Shown: piece by piece, positions 1-9,490 of the stretch
Layout: each line of letters opens with the position of its first letter
Numbering within the stretch: position 1 is the stretch's first letter
NCBI GenBank assembly: GCA_965198065.1
Contig: CBDAON010000004.1
Coordinates: forward strand, 64,001 to 128,000
Length of the DNA: 64,000 nt
Origin: Longimicrobiales bacterium
Lineage (GTDB): Bacteria; Gemmatimonadota; Gemmatimonadetes; Longimicrobiales; Gaopeijiaceae
Direction of reading: 5' to 3'
Made by a program: the position numbers and the translations under genes
The notes under the pieces: model-generated
Told to the model about the DNA's origin: nothing
Databases searched by the model: none
The model's input: the letters and a program-made list of their open reading frames with translations, nothing else

Positions 1-777
1 GCGATCCTGGTTCACGAAACGTTCGCGCCCGACTTCATCGACATCAACTTCGGGTGCCCGGTCAAGAAGGTGGTGAAGCGCAACGGTGGCTCGGGATGCC
101 TGAAGGACCTGGGGCTGGTGGCCCGGATCATCCGGAGCGTCGCTGAGGCCACGACCATGACTACGACGGTGAAGATCCGGAGCGGGTTCGACGAGAACAG
201 CCGGAATCCCGTGCGGATCGGGAGGGTGTGCGAGGAGGCGGGAGCGAGGGCGATCACCCTCCATCCCCGAACCCGTGCGGACATGTACTCCGGGGAGGCT
301 CGGTGGGAGGAGATCCGTGACCTCAAGGAGGCCGTGGGCATCCCGGTGATCGGGAATGGGGACATCCAGAGTGGTCGGGACGCGGCGCGCATGCGGGACG
401 AGACCCGGTGTGACGGCATCATGGTGGCGCGTGGCTCTCATGGGGACCCGTGGATCTTCCGGCAGGCCCGGGCCGCGCTCGAGGGGGAGGAGATCCCTCT
501 CGATCCCGATGCAGCCGAGCGCTTCGGGATCTGCGTGGAGCACGCCGAGAACGCGATCGCTTACGGAGGCGACCTAGAACGGGCTGTCCGCGAGTTCAGA
601 AAGCACCTGGGCTGGTATACGAAGGGGCTCCCCGGTGGGAAGGATCTCCGGCAGGAGCTCTTCGCCGTCACCTCGCTAGAGCAGGTGAAGGAGCTTCTGA
701 GCGGTTACCTGGAGCGCCACTCCGCTACACGGGAAGGAGGCCGGGAACCCCGTCCTGCCGAGGCCGTGTTATCTTGA
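1..777 (+). CDS. dusB: tRNA-dihydrouridine synthase DusB (5' truncated by window edge)
   Basis: Frame open from base 1: IDINFGCPVKKVVKRNGGSG, VKIRSG, LHPRT, GNGDI, MVARG motifs of the Dus family. Confidence 0.9.
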   Translation, partial: AILVHETFAPDFIDINFGCPVKKVVKRNGGSGCLKDLGLVARIIRSVAEATTMTTTVKIRSGFDENSRNPVRIGRVCEEAGARAITLHPRTRADMYSGEARWEEIRDLKEAVGIPVIGNGDIQSGRDAARMRDETRCDGIMVARGSHGDPWIFRQARAALEGEEIPLDPDAAERFGICVEHAENAIAYGGDLERAVREFRKHLGWYTKGLPGGKDLRQELFAVTSLEQVKELLSGYLERHSATREGGREPRPAEAVLS

Positions 778-816
778 GTCACGCGCCGTCCCGAACGACG
801 GCGACGGGACTGGACT

Positions 817-1176
817 GGGGGCGTCACGGTTTCGACGCGTTCAGTGAAGTCGATGCAGCGTGCCGAGGTCCCGGGGCCTCGTAAACCTCTCGGGGAATAC
901 ACAACTGCCAACAACAACTTGGCACTGGCTGCGTAAGGTTCTGCCTTAGCTGTAGCCCGTCGCCGGAAGAGCCCGCCCGAGGCGACTCCGGATGACGTCG
1001 AAAAGTCGGGCTGGTCCCTGGGTGCCGCCGCCCCGGCCGGGACGAGATCGATTGGGCGGCTAGCTCGGGCAGGCCGCGCCCCGGCCTCGTCCGATCGCGA
1101 AGCCAACGGGGTGACACGCACGTAGACGCTTAGACGGATCGGTTCGCGGACGCGGGTTCGACTCCCGCCGCCTCCA
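817..1176 (+). ncRNA. ssrA: tmRNA (SsrA); tag peptide ANNNLALAA* at 907-936
   Basis: 5' GGGGGCGTCACGGTTTCGAC; 3' T-arm/acceptor GCGGGTTCGACTCCCGCCGCCTCCA; internal ORF gcc aac aac aac ttg gca ctg gct gcg taa ending in ALAA; CCA not encoded. Confidence 0.97.
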
Positions 1177-1191
1177 CTGCTGCAAAGAACC

Positions 1192-1231
1192 CGAACCGCC
1201 GCCCGGGCCTTCGTGTCCGGGCGGCGGTTCG
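1192..1231 (+). terminator. Hairpin downstream of ssrA
   Basis: Perfect 15-bp inverted repeat CGAACCGCCGCCCGG / CCGGGCGGCGGTTCG; no clear U-tract on +. Confidence 0.6.
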
Positions 1232-1322
1232 AGCAATGCGATACAGTCAATCGAGGTCCGCGCCAGGTAGTAGGGCCGGCCGACGTCGCCTTGCATGGGC
1301 TCCAGCCGGATGGTCCCGGTCC

Positions 1323-2174
1323 ATGAATCCCATCGAGCACGTGTACGTGCTTTGCCACGGCGCCGACCTGTGGATGGCCCGCATCTGCGTAGCGAGCATC
1401 CGTTACTGGTACCCGGACATTCCGATCACGCTTCTCAAGAACCAGACGCGCCTGGACACCTCCCCCCTGGAATCCGGCTTCGGAGTGCGCGCCAGGAACG
1501 TCTCGCCACGCTGGGCGGGGAGCGCTTTCGCCAAGCTGGAGCTGCTCACGCGACCGGAGCGCGAACGCTACCTGTACGTGGACGCCGACGTCGTGTTCGT
1601 GGGGCGCGTTCTCGACTCCCTGGCGGAGATGGGAGAGGACCTCGTCGTGGCGACCCACCTGGAGACGCCGCCGGACTCTCCGGCCATGCGTAGGTATTAT
1701 CACATCGAGGCGCTCCGGGAGCTGGACCCCGCCTTCGAGCCACCAGGCTTCTGCTTCAGCGCGGGCCACTACGTGGCCACCTCCGGCCTCTTGAGGCCGG
1801 AGGACCTCGACGACTTCGTGGACTTCTCCTCCTCACCACCCAGGCATCGCACGAAGGGCATCTTCCACGGAGTGGACCAGGGCCTGTGCAACTACCTCTT
1901 TCCCAGAAGGGCGCAGGAGGGGGTCTGGTCTCTGGGCAGGGTCCCCTTCGCGTGGTGGGCCCGAGGAGAAGAGGCGGCGAGCCTCGAGCGGCGGGACATC
2001 TTCGAGGGACCCGGCGTGCCCAGGATGATCCACTGGGCTGGCACCCAGCTTCCGGTCCTTCGCCGGCAACCCCGGGCCGATATCCTCGCGTCCTATGAGG
2101 CGATGTACGTCGCGGCCACCCGCCGGGGCTGGGCGCACAGGACCCTACCCTCGAGCACCTCTCCACCGGCCTGA
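1323..2174 (+). CDS. GT-A fold glycosyltransferase (GT8-like)
   Basis: KLELL..YLYVDADVVF (DxD), DQGLCNY and IHWAG motifs typical of GT8-like enzymes. Confidence 0.65.
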   Translation: MNPIEHVYVLCHGADLWMARICVASIRYWYPDIPITLLKNQTRLDTSPLESGFGVRARNVSPRWAGSAFAKLELLTRPERERYLYVDADVVFVGRVLDSLAEMGEDLVVATHLETPPDSPAMRRYYHIEALRELDPAFEPPGFCFSAGHYVATSGLLRPEDLDDFVDFSSSPPRHRTKGIFHGVDQGLCNYLFPRRAQEGVWSLGRVPFAWWARGEEAASLERRDIFEGPGVPRMIHWAGTQLPVLRRQPRADILASYEAMYVAATRRGWAHRTLPSSTSPPA

Positions 2175-2343
2175 GTTGGGCGACATGGCGAGCGAGGTCC
2201 AAGCTCGACTACGCGCTCCGCCGGAGGTGACGGGGTCGCCACCGCGTCTCGCCGCAGTGGCCCCCGGGAGCGGCCAGGCGACACCCGCGTGCGGACCCCT
2301 TCGTTCCCTGATGGCGTCCTTACGAACGGGAACCAGCAACGAC

Positions 2344-3306
2344 CTACCGCACGTCGATCCGGCGACGCCAATCCGCGATCGCACGTCCGATCATCTCTGG
2401 CTGGTCCTCTTGGATGTAATGGCGCCCGGCGCCCACGAACGTGGACTGGATGTTCGGTACCCGCTCGACTAGCGCTTCCACTACGCTCACCGGATTTAGC
2501 GCGCCGGGTCGGGCCCAGAGGTGCAGCATCGGGATCTCGGTTTCTGTCATCCACTCACCAATCGCGGTAACGACCTCCACATTTCGCGCGGGCTCACCCA
2601 CAGCGGGCAGCTCCCGGGGCCATTGGAGCGTCGGAAGGCGCGACTCGGGAGTTGGATACGGTTCGCGGTAGCGCCGCATTTCCTCCTCCGTGAGTCCGCG
2701 GAGGACGCTTCCCGGAAGGATCTGCTCCACGAACATGTTCTGCTGGAGAACGAGCTCCTCTCCTCCCGGACCTCGGAAGCGTCCGAGAGAGCCTCCAATC
2801 GGGTCGAGGCGCGGGTACCGGGGCGGGATGATCGCCTCCATGAAGGCGATGCCGAGGACGTTGTCCTCATGACTCCGGGCGTAGTCGAAGCCGAGCACGC
2901 TGCCCCAGTCGTGAATCACGAGAGTGATGTCCTCGAGGCCGAGTGTCTCAATGAACGCGTTGAGGTAACGCGCGTGGTCCTGATACGTGTAGCCAATGTC
3001 GGGCTTGCCCGACTTCCCCATACCGATGAGGTCCACGGCGATCGCGCGATAACGGTCCGTGACGTAGGGAATGATGTTCCTCCAGAGATAGGACGATGTG
3101 GGGTTCCCGTGGACGAATAAGATGGGATCGCCCTCGCCCTCATCCACGTAATGCATTGTGGATCCGAGCACCTCGACGTAGCGCGACTCGAAGGGAAAGT
3201 CGGCGGAGATGTCCGGCGCCTGGCCACGCGCCGCGGGGGTGGACCAGAGCAGCAAGACCGCCGAACTGACACCGAGGACCCGAGACCAGGCTGAGAACGC
3301 CGGCAT
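2344..3306 (-). CDS. Haloalkane dehalogenase (DhaA/HLD-II-like) with N-terminal signal peptide
   Basis: HGNPTSSYLWRNIIP, nucleophile IHDWGS, FMEAII acid, WPRELP, GRHYIQED base; hydrophobic N-terminus ending PAARG-Q. Confidence 0.9.
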   Translation of the reverse strand: MPAFSAWSRVLGVSSAVLLLWSTPAARGQAPDISADFPFESRYVEVLGSTMHYVDEGEGDPILFVHGNPTSSYLWRNIIPYVTDRYRAIAVDLIGMGKSGKPDIGYTYQDHARYLNAFIETLGLEDITLVIHDWGSVLGFDYARSHEDNVLGIAFMEAIIPPRYPRLDPIGGSLGRFRGPGGEELVLQQNMFVEQILPGSVLRGLTEEEMRRYREPYPTPESRLPTLQWPRELPAVGEPARNVEVVTAIGEWMTETEIPMLHLWARPGALNPVSVVEALVERVPNIQSTFVGAGRHYIQEDQPEMIGRAIADWRRRIDVR

Positions 3307-3322
3307 GGAGGATTCCTCTTTT

Positions 3323-3640
3323 CTACGTGATCGCCAGGCCTTCCGCTTCGAGCGCCTCGATTACCTGCGCACGGAGCTCGGGCGGCACCCGGCTTACCCG
3401 GGACGCCCTGGCGACCGCCTCGAGGAACGATCGCTCGAACACGAGCTTAGGATAACACCGAGCGCACGTCTCCAGGTGAGTGCCGACCCGTTTCTCCAGG
3501 TCAGGAGGCAACTCCCCGTCCAGCCAGTCGAAGAGCACCTCCGCCGCCTCGTGGCACGAGATCCCGCCCGGGGGATCCGCATCCGGCGGCTCCCCTGTGA
3601 CTCCACGGAGCAGGCGCCGCAACTCCTCGATCCAGTTCAT
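3323..3640 (-). CDS. Zinc-binding anti-sigma factor (zf-HC2, RshA/RsrA-like)
   Basis: SC..A...L..WLDGEL..HLETCARC (HxxxCxxC); directly downstream of an ECF sigma gene. Confidence 0.88.
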   Translation of the reverse strand: MNWIEELRRLLRGVTGEPPDADPPGGISCHEAAEVLFDWLDGELPPDLEKRVGTHLETCARCYPKLVFERSFLEAVARASRVSRVPPELRAQVIEALEAEGLAIT

Positions 3641-3686
3641 CCCTGATTACCCTCCTCCGGCCCACGGCGGCCGTTGGGCGGCCCGC

Positions 3687-4262
3687 TCACGACGACGACG
3701 CGACCGCGTACTCGTAGAGGCTCTCCTGAAGCATCCGGCGGCCCCGAAAGAGCCGGCTCTTCACGGTGCCAACAGGCACGTTCATGACCTGAGCGATCTC
3801 ATTGTACGAGAGGTCCTCGAGGTCCGAGAGCACTACGGCTTCTCGAAACTCGTGAGGCAGGGTGTCGATGGCTCGCAGCACCTCCTCGTCGACGACATTC
3901 CTCCAGAACTTGCCTTCAGGATCACGATTCGCCGTTGCCATGAACACCGTGGTCTCTCCAGAAATGCCGCGCGGGTCTTCGTCTGCCAGGACGGCCACGA
4001 TTTCATCATGGCGCCGATCTCTTTCCTCGGCTCGGAGCATGCTGTTCTTGCAGATTGTGAACAGCCAACTCTTCACCCGAGTGCCTGGCGTGTAGCTATC
4101 CCAGCTGCGATAGGCACGCAAGTACGTCTCCTGAACCAGATCCTGGGCCCGCTCGGCGTCCTTGGTGAGACGGTGCGCGAAGCGATAGACGGCCTCCATT
4201 TGCGGAACCGCCTCCTCGCGAAAGGAATCGTCCCGATCCAAGGACCCCCTCACGACCGGCAA
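3687..4262 (-). CDS. ECF RNA polymerase sigma factor (SigH/SigR-like); start uncertain (4262 or 4253)
   Basis: AQDLVQETYLRAY, KSWLFTICKN, LSYNEIAQVMNVPVGTVKSRLFRGR. Confidence 0.92.
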   Translation of the reverse strand: MPVVRGSLDRDDSFREEAVPQMEAVYRFAHRLTKDAERAQDLVQETYLRAYRSWDSYTPGTRVKSWLFTICKNSMLRAEERDRRHDEIVAVLADEDPRGISGETTVFMATANRDPEGKFWRNVVDEEVLRAIDTLPHEFREAVVLSDLEDLSYNEIAQVMNVPVGTVKSRLFRGRRMLQESLYEYAVASSS

Positions 4263-4388
4263 GCACGTGGCGCCGAAGGGCCGTGGGTCCTCCCGACCCC
4301 GAGGACCGCGGCGGCCCAGCGGGAGGCCCGCAAGCCCGGCCTCTGCGAGCGGCGTCGGTGGCCCCGAAACGTCGGCATCATAACTACT

Positions 4389-4417
4389 GAATCCGGCCCA
4401 GCGGGTCTAAGTTCCCG
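4389..4417 (-). promoter_or_regulatory. Putative ECF promoter for the sigma/anti-sigma/dehalogenase operon
   Basis: Minus strand CGGGAAC-N16-GGATTC, mirrored by a similar motif on the plus strand. Confidence 0.5.
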
Positions 4418-4493
4418 AAGCGGCGGCAGCACCCGTGCTCTGGCGGAGCAGCCTTCGCTCCGCGTCCTCACCACGACTTCGGACCGGACGTCG

Positions 4494-4522
4494 CGGGAAC
4501 CCGATCCTAGGGTCGCGAGTTC
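4494..4522 (+). promoter_or_regulatory. Putative ECF (SigH/SigR-type) promoter for the redox operon
   Basis: CGGGAAC-N16-GAGTTC, equivalent to GGAAC-N18-GTT, matching the SigR/SigH consensus; about 60 bp upstream of ATG 4585. Confidence 0.55.
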
Positions 4523-4584
4523 GGGTGAGCACGAGCGGGGACGTCTCTTTAGCACACATCAAACCTCAGCGGAGAGAGACCGCC

Positions 4585-5038
4585 ATGAATATCGCTTTCG
4601 GAAAAGCCGTCTTCGCCGGTGTCCTGGGAACGGTCGTCATGACGATTGTCGGTACGTGGGTGGCGCCCATGATGGGAATACCTCCGATGAACCCCGCAAA
4701 CATGCTGGCGGGAGCGATGGGTGGGGTGCTGATACTCGGCTGGATCGGTCACTTCATGATCGGAACGATCCTTGCCTTGACCTACGCGGCCGTGGCTCCC
4801 TGGCTTCCCGGTCCGTCGGTGGTGCGGGGAGCCCTGTATGGGGATAGCTCCGTTTCTTCTCGCGCAGATTGCGGTCATGCCGATGATGGGGATGCCCCTG
4901 TTCTCGGGATCCGTCACGTTGGCGATGGGTAGTCTGGTGGGACACCTCTTCTACGGAGGCGTGGTGGGCGGCGTCTACGGTGCGCCTCCCGCACTGGCGA
5001 CCGTGACCGCCGGCGGCTCCCCGCAGGCCGCTGGCTGA
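4585..5038 (+). CDS. Met/Gly-rich 4-TM membrane protein (DUF1440/DUF6789-like), frameshifted at about 4840-4843
   Basis: MNIAFGKAVFAG..GWIGHFMIG..GALYG continues in another frame as IAPFLLAQ..MPMMG..LVGHLFYG; extra G in a GGGG run. Confidence 0.65.
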
Positions 5039-5066
5039 CCAACGTTTTCAACAACAGGAGGCAACG

Positions 5067-5504
5067 ATGCCCCGTACGAATCCGACGGCTTGGCCACTGA
5101 TCGGCTCCCTCGTGGCGATGGTCCTCGCCGTCCCGGCGGTCGAGGCTCAGGCGAGTTCGTCCACCGCCACGGCGCACACCAAGGAAGCGTTCACGCACGA
5201 GCGCTTCGAAGAGCTTCAGGCTCAGGACGCGCTGATTTTGGTGGACATCTTCGCGGACTGGTGCCCGGACTGCGCGATCCAACAGACGGTGTTAGAGGCG
5301 TATCGAGAGCGGAGACCCGACGTCGCCCTTCATACGCTCGTGGTGGACTTCGACACGGAGAAGGATGTGGTCACGTACTTCCGCGCTCCGCGTCAGTCCA
5401 CGCTGATCCTCTACCGGGGGACCGAGCGGCTGTGGTTCAGCGTCGCCGAAACGCGCGAAGAGATGATCTTCCAGGCTCTGAATGAGGGGGTGTCCACGCG
5501 GTGA
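5067..5504 (+). CDS. Exported thioredoxin-family protein
   Basis: Signal peptide (AVEA-Q), FADWCPDC active site, strong RBS ACAGGAGG. Confidence 0.85.
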   Translation: MPRTNPTAWPLIGSLVAMVLAVPAVEAQASSSTATAHTKEAFTHERFEELQAQDALILVDIFADWCPDCAIQQTVLEAYRERRPDVALHTLVVDFDTEKDVVTYFRAPRQSTLILYRGTERLWFSVAETREEMIFQALNEGVSTR

Positions 5505-6214
5505 CGCTCGACGTCACGGCGATCCCCCTCGCCCTTCTGGCCGGGGTCGTCGGCGTGATGTCTCCGTGCGTATGGCCGCTGGTACCGGTGGTCATGGCCT
5601 CGGCGGCCACGGGTGGCCGAGGGGGGCCGTTCTTCCTGGCTGGGGGGCTCAGTCTTTCGTTTGGGGTTGCGGGCACGTTCCTCACGTTTCTCCTGGTCAG
5701 TACCGGGCTGGATCCCGAGCTTTTCCGGTACGTCGCGGCCGGCGCTCTGGTGGCGATGGGGATCTTGCTCGTCGTGGACCGTCTGGGCGAACGGGCGGCC
5801 GCCGTGCTCTCGCGCCTCACCGCGGGGTTCAATCCTGGCCGGAGCCTGAGCGCCGGGGGTGGTCCGGCGCAGTTCGGGGTGGGAGCGCTCCTGGGGGTTG
5901 TCTGGCTCCCCTGCGTCGGTCCCACCGTTGGCGTTGCGATCGCGCTCGCGGCCTTGGGGGAAAATCTTCTCAGCTCCTTCTCGGTCATGCTCTCGTACGG
6001 GGTGGGCACCGGGGGGGTACTGCTCGGCGTAGGGTTGTTCTCCGGAAGGATCCTGAAGAAACGGAACGGCCTCGGGTCCTCGGGACGCGCGCTGGGAAAG
6101 AAGATCCTGGGTTGGTCCGTGCTCGTTCTCGGGACGCTGGTGTTCACCCGGCTGGACAAGGTCCTGGAGGCCTGGGCCGTGGACCTCCTCCCGACCTGGG
6201 TCTTCACCTTATGA
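5501..6214 (+). CDS. CcdA/DsbD-family transmembrane electron transporter
   Basis: SPCVWPLVP and WLPCVGPT motifs; about 6 TM segments; GTGA overlap with the thioredoxin gene. Confidence 0.88.
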   Translation: MTLDVTAIPLALLAGVVGVMSPCVWPLVPVVMASAATGGRGGPFFLAGGLSLSFGVAGTFLTFLLVSTGLDPELFRYVAAGALVAMGILLVVDRLGERAAAVLSRLTAGFNPGRSLSAGGGPAQFGVGALLGVVWLPCVGPTVGVAIALAALGENLLSSFSVMLSYGVGTGGVLLGVGLFSGRILKKRNGLGSSGRALGKKILGWSVLVLGTLVFTRLDKVLEAWAVDLLPTWVFTL

Positions 6215-6427
6215 GCGGGCGCGGAAGCTGCGGTCCTGGCCCTTCGCTGGGGGACGATACTGGCTTCACTGTCCCTACTCCACCGGTCGACCACAGGGAT
6301 CGTGAGAGCGCCTCGTAGTCGATTCATCGCCACGGCCCTCGATCACGGCTCTGCCTTGCGGGCCTCCCCCCGCCCCGGCGACATTCGGCCCCACGCAGGC
6401 ATCGACGGACAATCCAGGAGGTCCTGC

Positions 6428-6904
6428 ATGAGGAGCGCCGCGCTCGCGGTCGGAGTCGCCGTCTTGCTGGTCTCCTCGGGGCTCGAGGGTCAGCAGCCCC
6501 TCGAGGGGGCCTGGCGCGTGACGGAAGTAGCGGGCCCGGGGCCGGGCGCCCCCGTGCTCGACTCACCCCAGCCTGGCCTCCTGCTCTTCACGGGCCGGTA
6601 CTACAGCTACACCCTCATTACGGGTGACCAGCCCCGTCCGGACCTGCCGAGCGGCGTGGTCTCCGCTACGGATCTGCTCAGGGCATGGAATCCGTTCACG
6701 GCGAACGCGGGCACCTTCGAAGTCTCGGGCAACACGATGATCCGGCGACCGATGGTTGCGAAGAACCCAGGCACGATGGCACCGGGAGTATTCAACGAGT
6801 ACACGTTCCGACTGAGTGCCGATACGCTGTGGGTCACGACGGTTGGGACCGAGTCGGGTCCTGCGATGAGCTCGCCTACGGTCAAGTACCTCCGCGTCCG
6901 CTGA
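6428..6904 (+). CDS. Secreted lipocalin-like domain hypothetical protein
   Basis: RBS CAGGAGG, signal peptide, LEGAWRV, ANAGTFEV pattern. Confidence 0.6.
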   Translation: MRSAALAVGVAVLLVSSGLEGQQPLEGAWRVTEVAGPGPGAPVLDSPQPGLLLFTGRYYSYTLITGDQPRPDLPSGVVSATDLLRAWNPFTANAGTFEVSGNTMIRRPMVAKNPGTMAPGVFNEYTFRLSADTLWVTTVGTESGPAMSSPTVKYLRVR

Positions 6905-6969
6905 TCGAGGGTCGGGCTTCGATCAGGACCGGTGGCATGTGTTGCCCGTGTTCCTTCCTCGGCGACCAG

Positions 6970-7764
6970 CTAGGGGGAAGGCGCCTCCCTAGGATCCGCA
7001 GAAAAGGTGTTCGAGAGTGTCCCGATCCCATCAACGCGGACCTCCACCGTAGAGCCCGGCCTCATGGGAAGGGCCCCGGTCGACGTCCCGCACGCGATGA
7101 GATCTCCCGGCATGAGCGTCATGTCGCGCGACGTCCGCTGCACGAGGGCGAGGGGGGTGAAGAACATGTCGTTCACGCCGTAGTCCTGCCGCATCCGGCC
7201 GCCGACGTGGGTCGTCACCCGCAGCGATCCGGGGTCCAGATCCGTCGCGATCACCGGTCCGAAGGGACCGAACGTGTCGAAGCTCTTCGCGCGGCACCAT
7301 TGGGGAAAGGAAAGATCCTCGTGAATCACCTGGACGGCGGTGACGTCATTCACGCACGTGTACCCGAAGACGCAGTCGGCGGCCTCTGCTTCGGAGACCT
7401 CGCGGCAGCGCCTGCCGATCACGACTCCGAGCTCGCCCTCGAAAGAGACCCTGCCCTCGTAGGATCGAGGCCTCACGATCGCCCCTCCGGGAGCGAGGAG
7501 GGACGACGGAGATTTCATGAAGTAGAGGGGCTCCTTGGGCTCGGCCCACCCCTGCTTCGTCGCCGCCGGGCGCAGGTTGTTCCACAGCCCGATCATCTTG
7601 GTAGGCTGGCACGGGGTCAGGACCTCTACCGCGGTGAGCGGGATGCGCTCTGATGTCGCTTCCGGGTGGTCGAACATCTCCCCCCGGTGGACGGTGATCT
7701 CGCCTTCCTCCAGGGTTCCGAACTTGACGTCCGCGTCGTGCCTGACCCGGATCCAGAGCGCCAT
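6970..7764 (-). CDS. Fumarylacetoacetate hydrolase family protein
   Basis: FEGELGVVIG, GYTCVNDVTA, AKSFDTFGPFGP, TLMPGDLIACGT. Confidence 0.92.
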   Translation of the reverse strand: MALWIRVRHDADVKFGTLEEGEITVHRGEMFDHPEATSERIPLTAVEVLTPCQPTKMIGLWNNLRPAATKQGWAEPKEPLYFMKSPSSLLAPGGAIVRPRSYEGRVSFEGELGVVIGRRCREVSEAEAADCVFGYTCVNDVTAVQVIHEDLSFPQWCRAKSFDTFGPFGPVIATDLDPGSLRVTTHVGGRMRQDYGVNDMFFTPLALVQRTSRDMTLMPGDLIACGTSTGALPMRPGSTVEVRVDGIGTLSNTFSADPREAPSP

Positions 7765-7941
7765 GATGGTCTTTCGCTCGTTTCGGGGGAACCCGCGAGC
7801 CTCGGGGAGCGTCAGGGTAGGACCGAAACGCGCCCCTTCGCAACGCGGGCGGCGGGAGGCGCTACTGCGACCATGCTCGAGAGGCGCTCTTCACCCCGCC
7901 GCCCTCGCGCGAGTGCATGAAGCGAACTTGGACTGGGAGGA

Positions 7942-9477
7942 ATGATCGTGCCCGAGGCTACCACCGTACGAGCGCTCCTGGAGCGCGGTGAGGCCAGCGC
8001 CGTTGCAATCGGGGCTCCCGGACGCTCCGACCTCGACTATGCAGGCCTGAGAGATCACGTCGCTCGGACGGTCACCGCCCTAAACGAGATGGGCCTCGGC
8101 CGGGGCGACCGCGTGTGCATCGTGCTTCCGAACGGGCCGGAGATGGCGTCCGCGTTCGTGTCGATCGCGGCGGGAGCCGCCACCGCGCCGCTGAACCCCA
8201 ACTACCGACGTAGGGAGTACGATTTCTACCTGGAGGATCTCGGAGCAAAGGCACTGGTCGCCGAGGCCGGAAGTGGGTCTGATGCAGTGGAGAGTGCGCG
8301 AAACCTGGGGATCGCCGTGCTCGAGCTGCGAGTTCCGGACGGCGCGCGCGCGGGCGAGTTCGAGCTCGTGCCCGACGCTGGCTCCGACCTGGAGTCGACG
8401 ACGTCGCCCGGACCCACCGGTGCGGACGACGTGGCGCTCGTGCTCCACACGTCGGGCACCACCTCGCGCCCGAAGATCGTCCCGCTCCTTCAGGGAAACG
8501 TCTGCGCGTCGGCGAGGAACATCGTCGCCACCCTTCGACTGACTTCCGACGATCGATGCCTGAACGTAATGCCGCTCTTTCACATCCACGGGCTCATGGC
8601 GCCGGTCTTCGCGTCGCTCTCGGCCGGTGCGTCCGTGGCGTGCACTCCGGGGTTCAACGCGCTCAAGTTCTTCGCGTGGCTAGATGAGGTTCAGCCTACG
8701 TGGTACTCCGCCGTCCCCACGATGCACCAGGCGATCCTCTCCCGGGCGGTAAGGAATGCGGAGGTCATTGCACGGGCTGGGCTCCGCTTCATCCGTTCTT
8801 CTTCCGCATCCCTGCCGCCACAGGTCCTTCAGGAGCTGGAGGACGCGTTCGGGGCTCCGGTCGTGGAGGCGTACGCGATGACCGAGGCCTCCCATCAGAT
8901 GACGTGCAACCCGCTGCCCCCCGGCGTCCGAAAGCCCGGGACGGTGGGACCCGCAGCAGGACCCGAGGTCTCCATCATGGATGACGAGGGTAACCTGCTG
9001 GAGGCCGGCCAGGTCGGTGAGGTCGTCATTCGCGGCCCAAACGTCACCGGCGGATACGAAAACAACCCCGAGGCCAACGCCAAGGCCTTCACCAACGGAT
9101 GGTTTCGCACGGGGGACCAGGGCATCATGGATGGGGAAGGCTACGTCACCCTCACGGGCCGTCTCAAGGAGATTATCAACCGTGGGGGAGAGAAGATCTC
9201 GCCCAAGGAAGTCGACGAGGTCCTGATGGATCACCCCGCGGTTGCGCAGGTCGTGACCTTCGCGGTCCCGCACGACAAGCTCGGCGAAGAGGTCGCGGCG
9301 GCCGTGGTGCTCCGGGAGGGCGCTTCCGCGACTCCGGCGGAGCTGCGTGACTTCGCGGCCGGGCGCCTTGCCGACTTCAAGGTCCCGCGCCAGATCCTCC
9401 TGACGGACGAGATTCCGAAAGGCCCGACGGGCAAGCTTCGCCGGATCGGACTGGCCGAGCAGCTCGGAATCGCCTGA
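7942..9477 (+). CDS. Acyl-CoA synthetase, oxalate-CoA ligase-like (AAE3/Pcs60/Oxs-like)
   Basis: LHTSGTTSRPKIVPL, MPLFHIHGL, WYSAVPTMHQAIL, EAYAMTEASHQM, PKGPTGK, as in oxalate-CoA ligases. Confidence 0.85.
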   Translation: MIVPEATTVRALLERGEASAVAIGAPGRSDLDYAGLRDHVARTVTALNEMGLGRGDRVCIVLPNGPEMASAFVSIAAGAATAPLNPNYRRREYDFYLEDLGAKALVAEAGSGSDAVESARNLGIAVLELRVPDGARAGEFELVPDAGSDLESTTSPGPTGADDVALVLHTSGTTSRPKIVPLLQGNVCASARNIVATLRLTSDDRCLNVMPLFHIHGLMAPVFASLSAGASVACTPGFNALKFFAWLDEVQPTWYSAVPTMHQAILSRAVRNAEVIARAGLRFIRSSSASLPPQVLQELEDAFGAPVVEAYAMTEASHQMTCNPLPPGVRKPGTVGPAAGPEVSIMDDEGNLLEAGQVGEVVIRGPNVTGGYENNPEANAKAFTNGWFRTGDQGIMDGEGYVTLTGRLKEIINRGGEKISPKEVDEVLMDHPAVAQVVTFAVPHDKLGEEVAAAVVLREGASATPAELRDFAAGRLADFKVPRQILLTDEIPKGPTGKLRRIGLAEQLGIA

Positions 9478-9490
9478 CCCGGGAAGGTCG

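Noticed and set aside
817..2340. Integrative element inserted at ssrA
   Set aside because: No integrase and no duplicated ssrA 3' end found downstream
7788..7813. GGAAC-N17-CGTC ECF-like promoter upstream of the acyl-CoA ligase
   Set aside because: The -10 element differs from the paired motifs at 4389-4522; a single short match is expected by chance in GC-rich DNA
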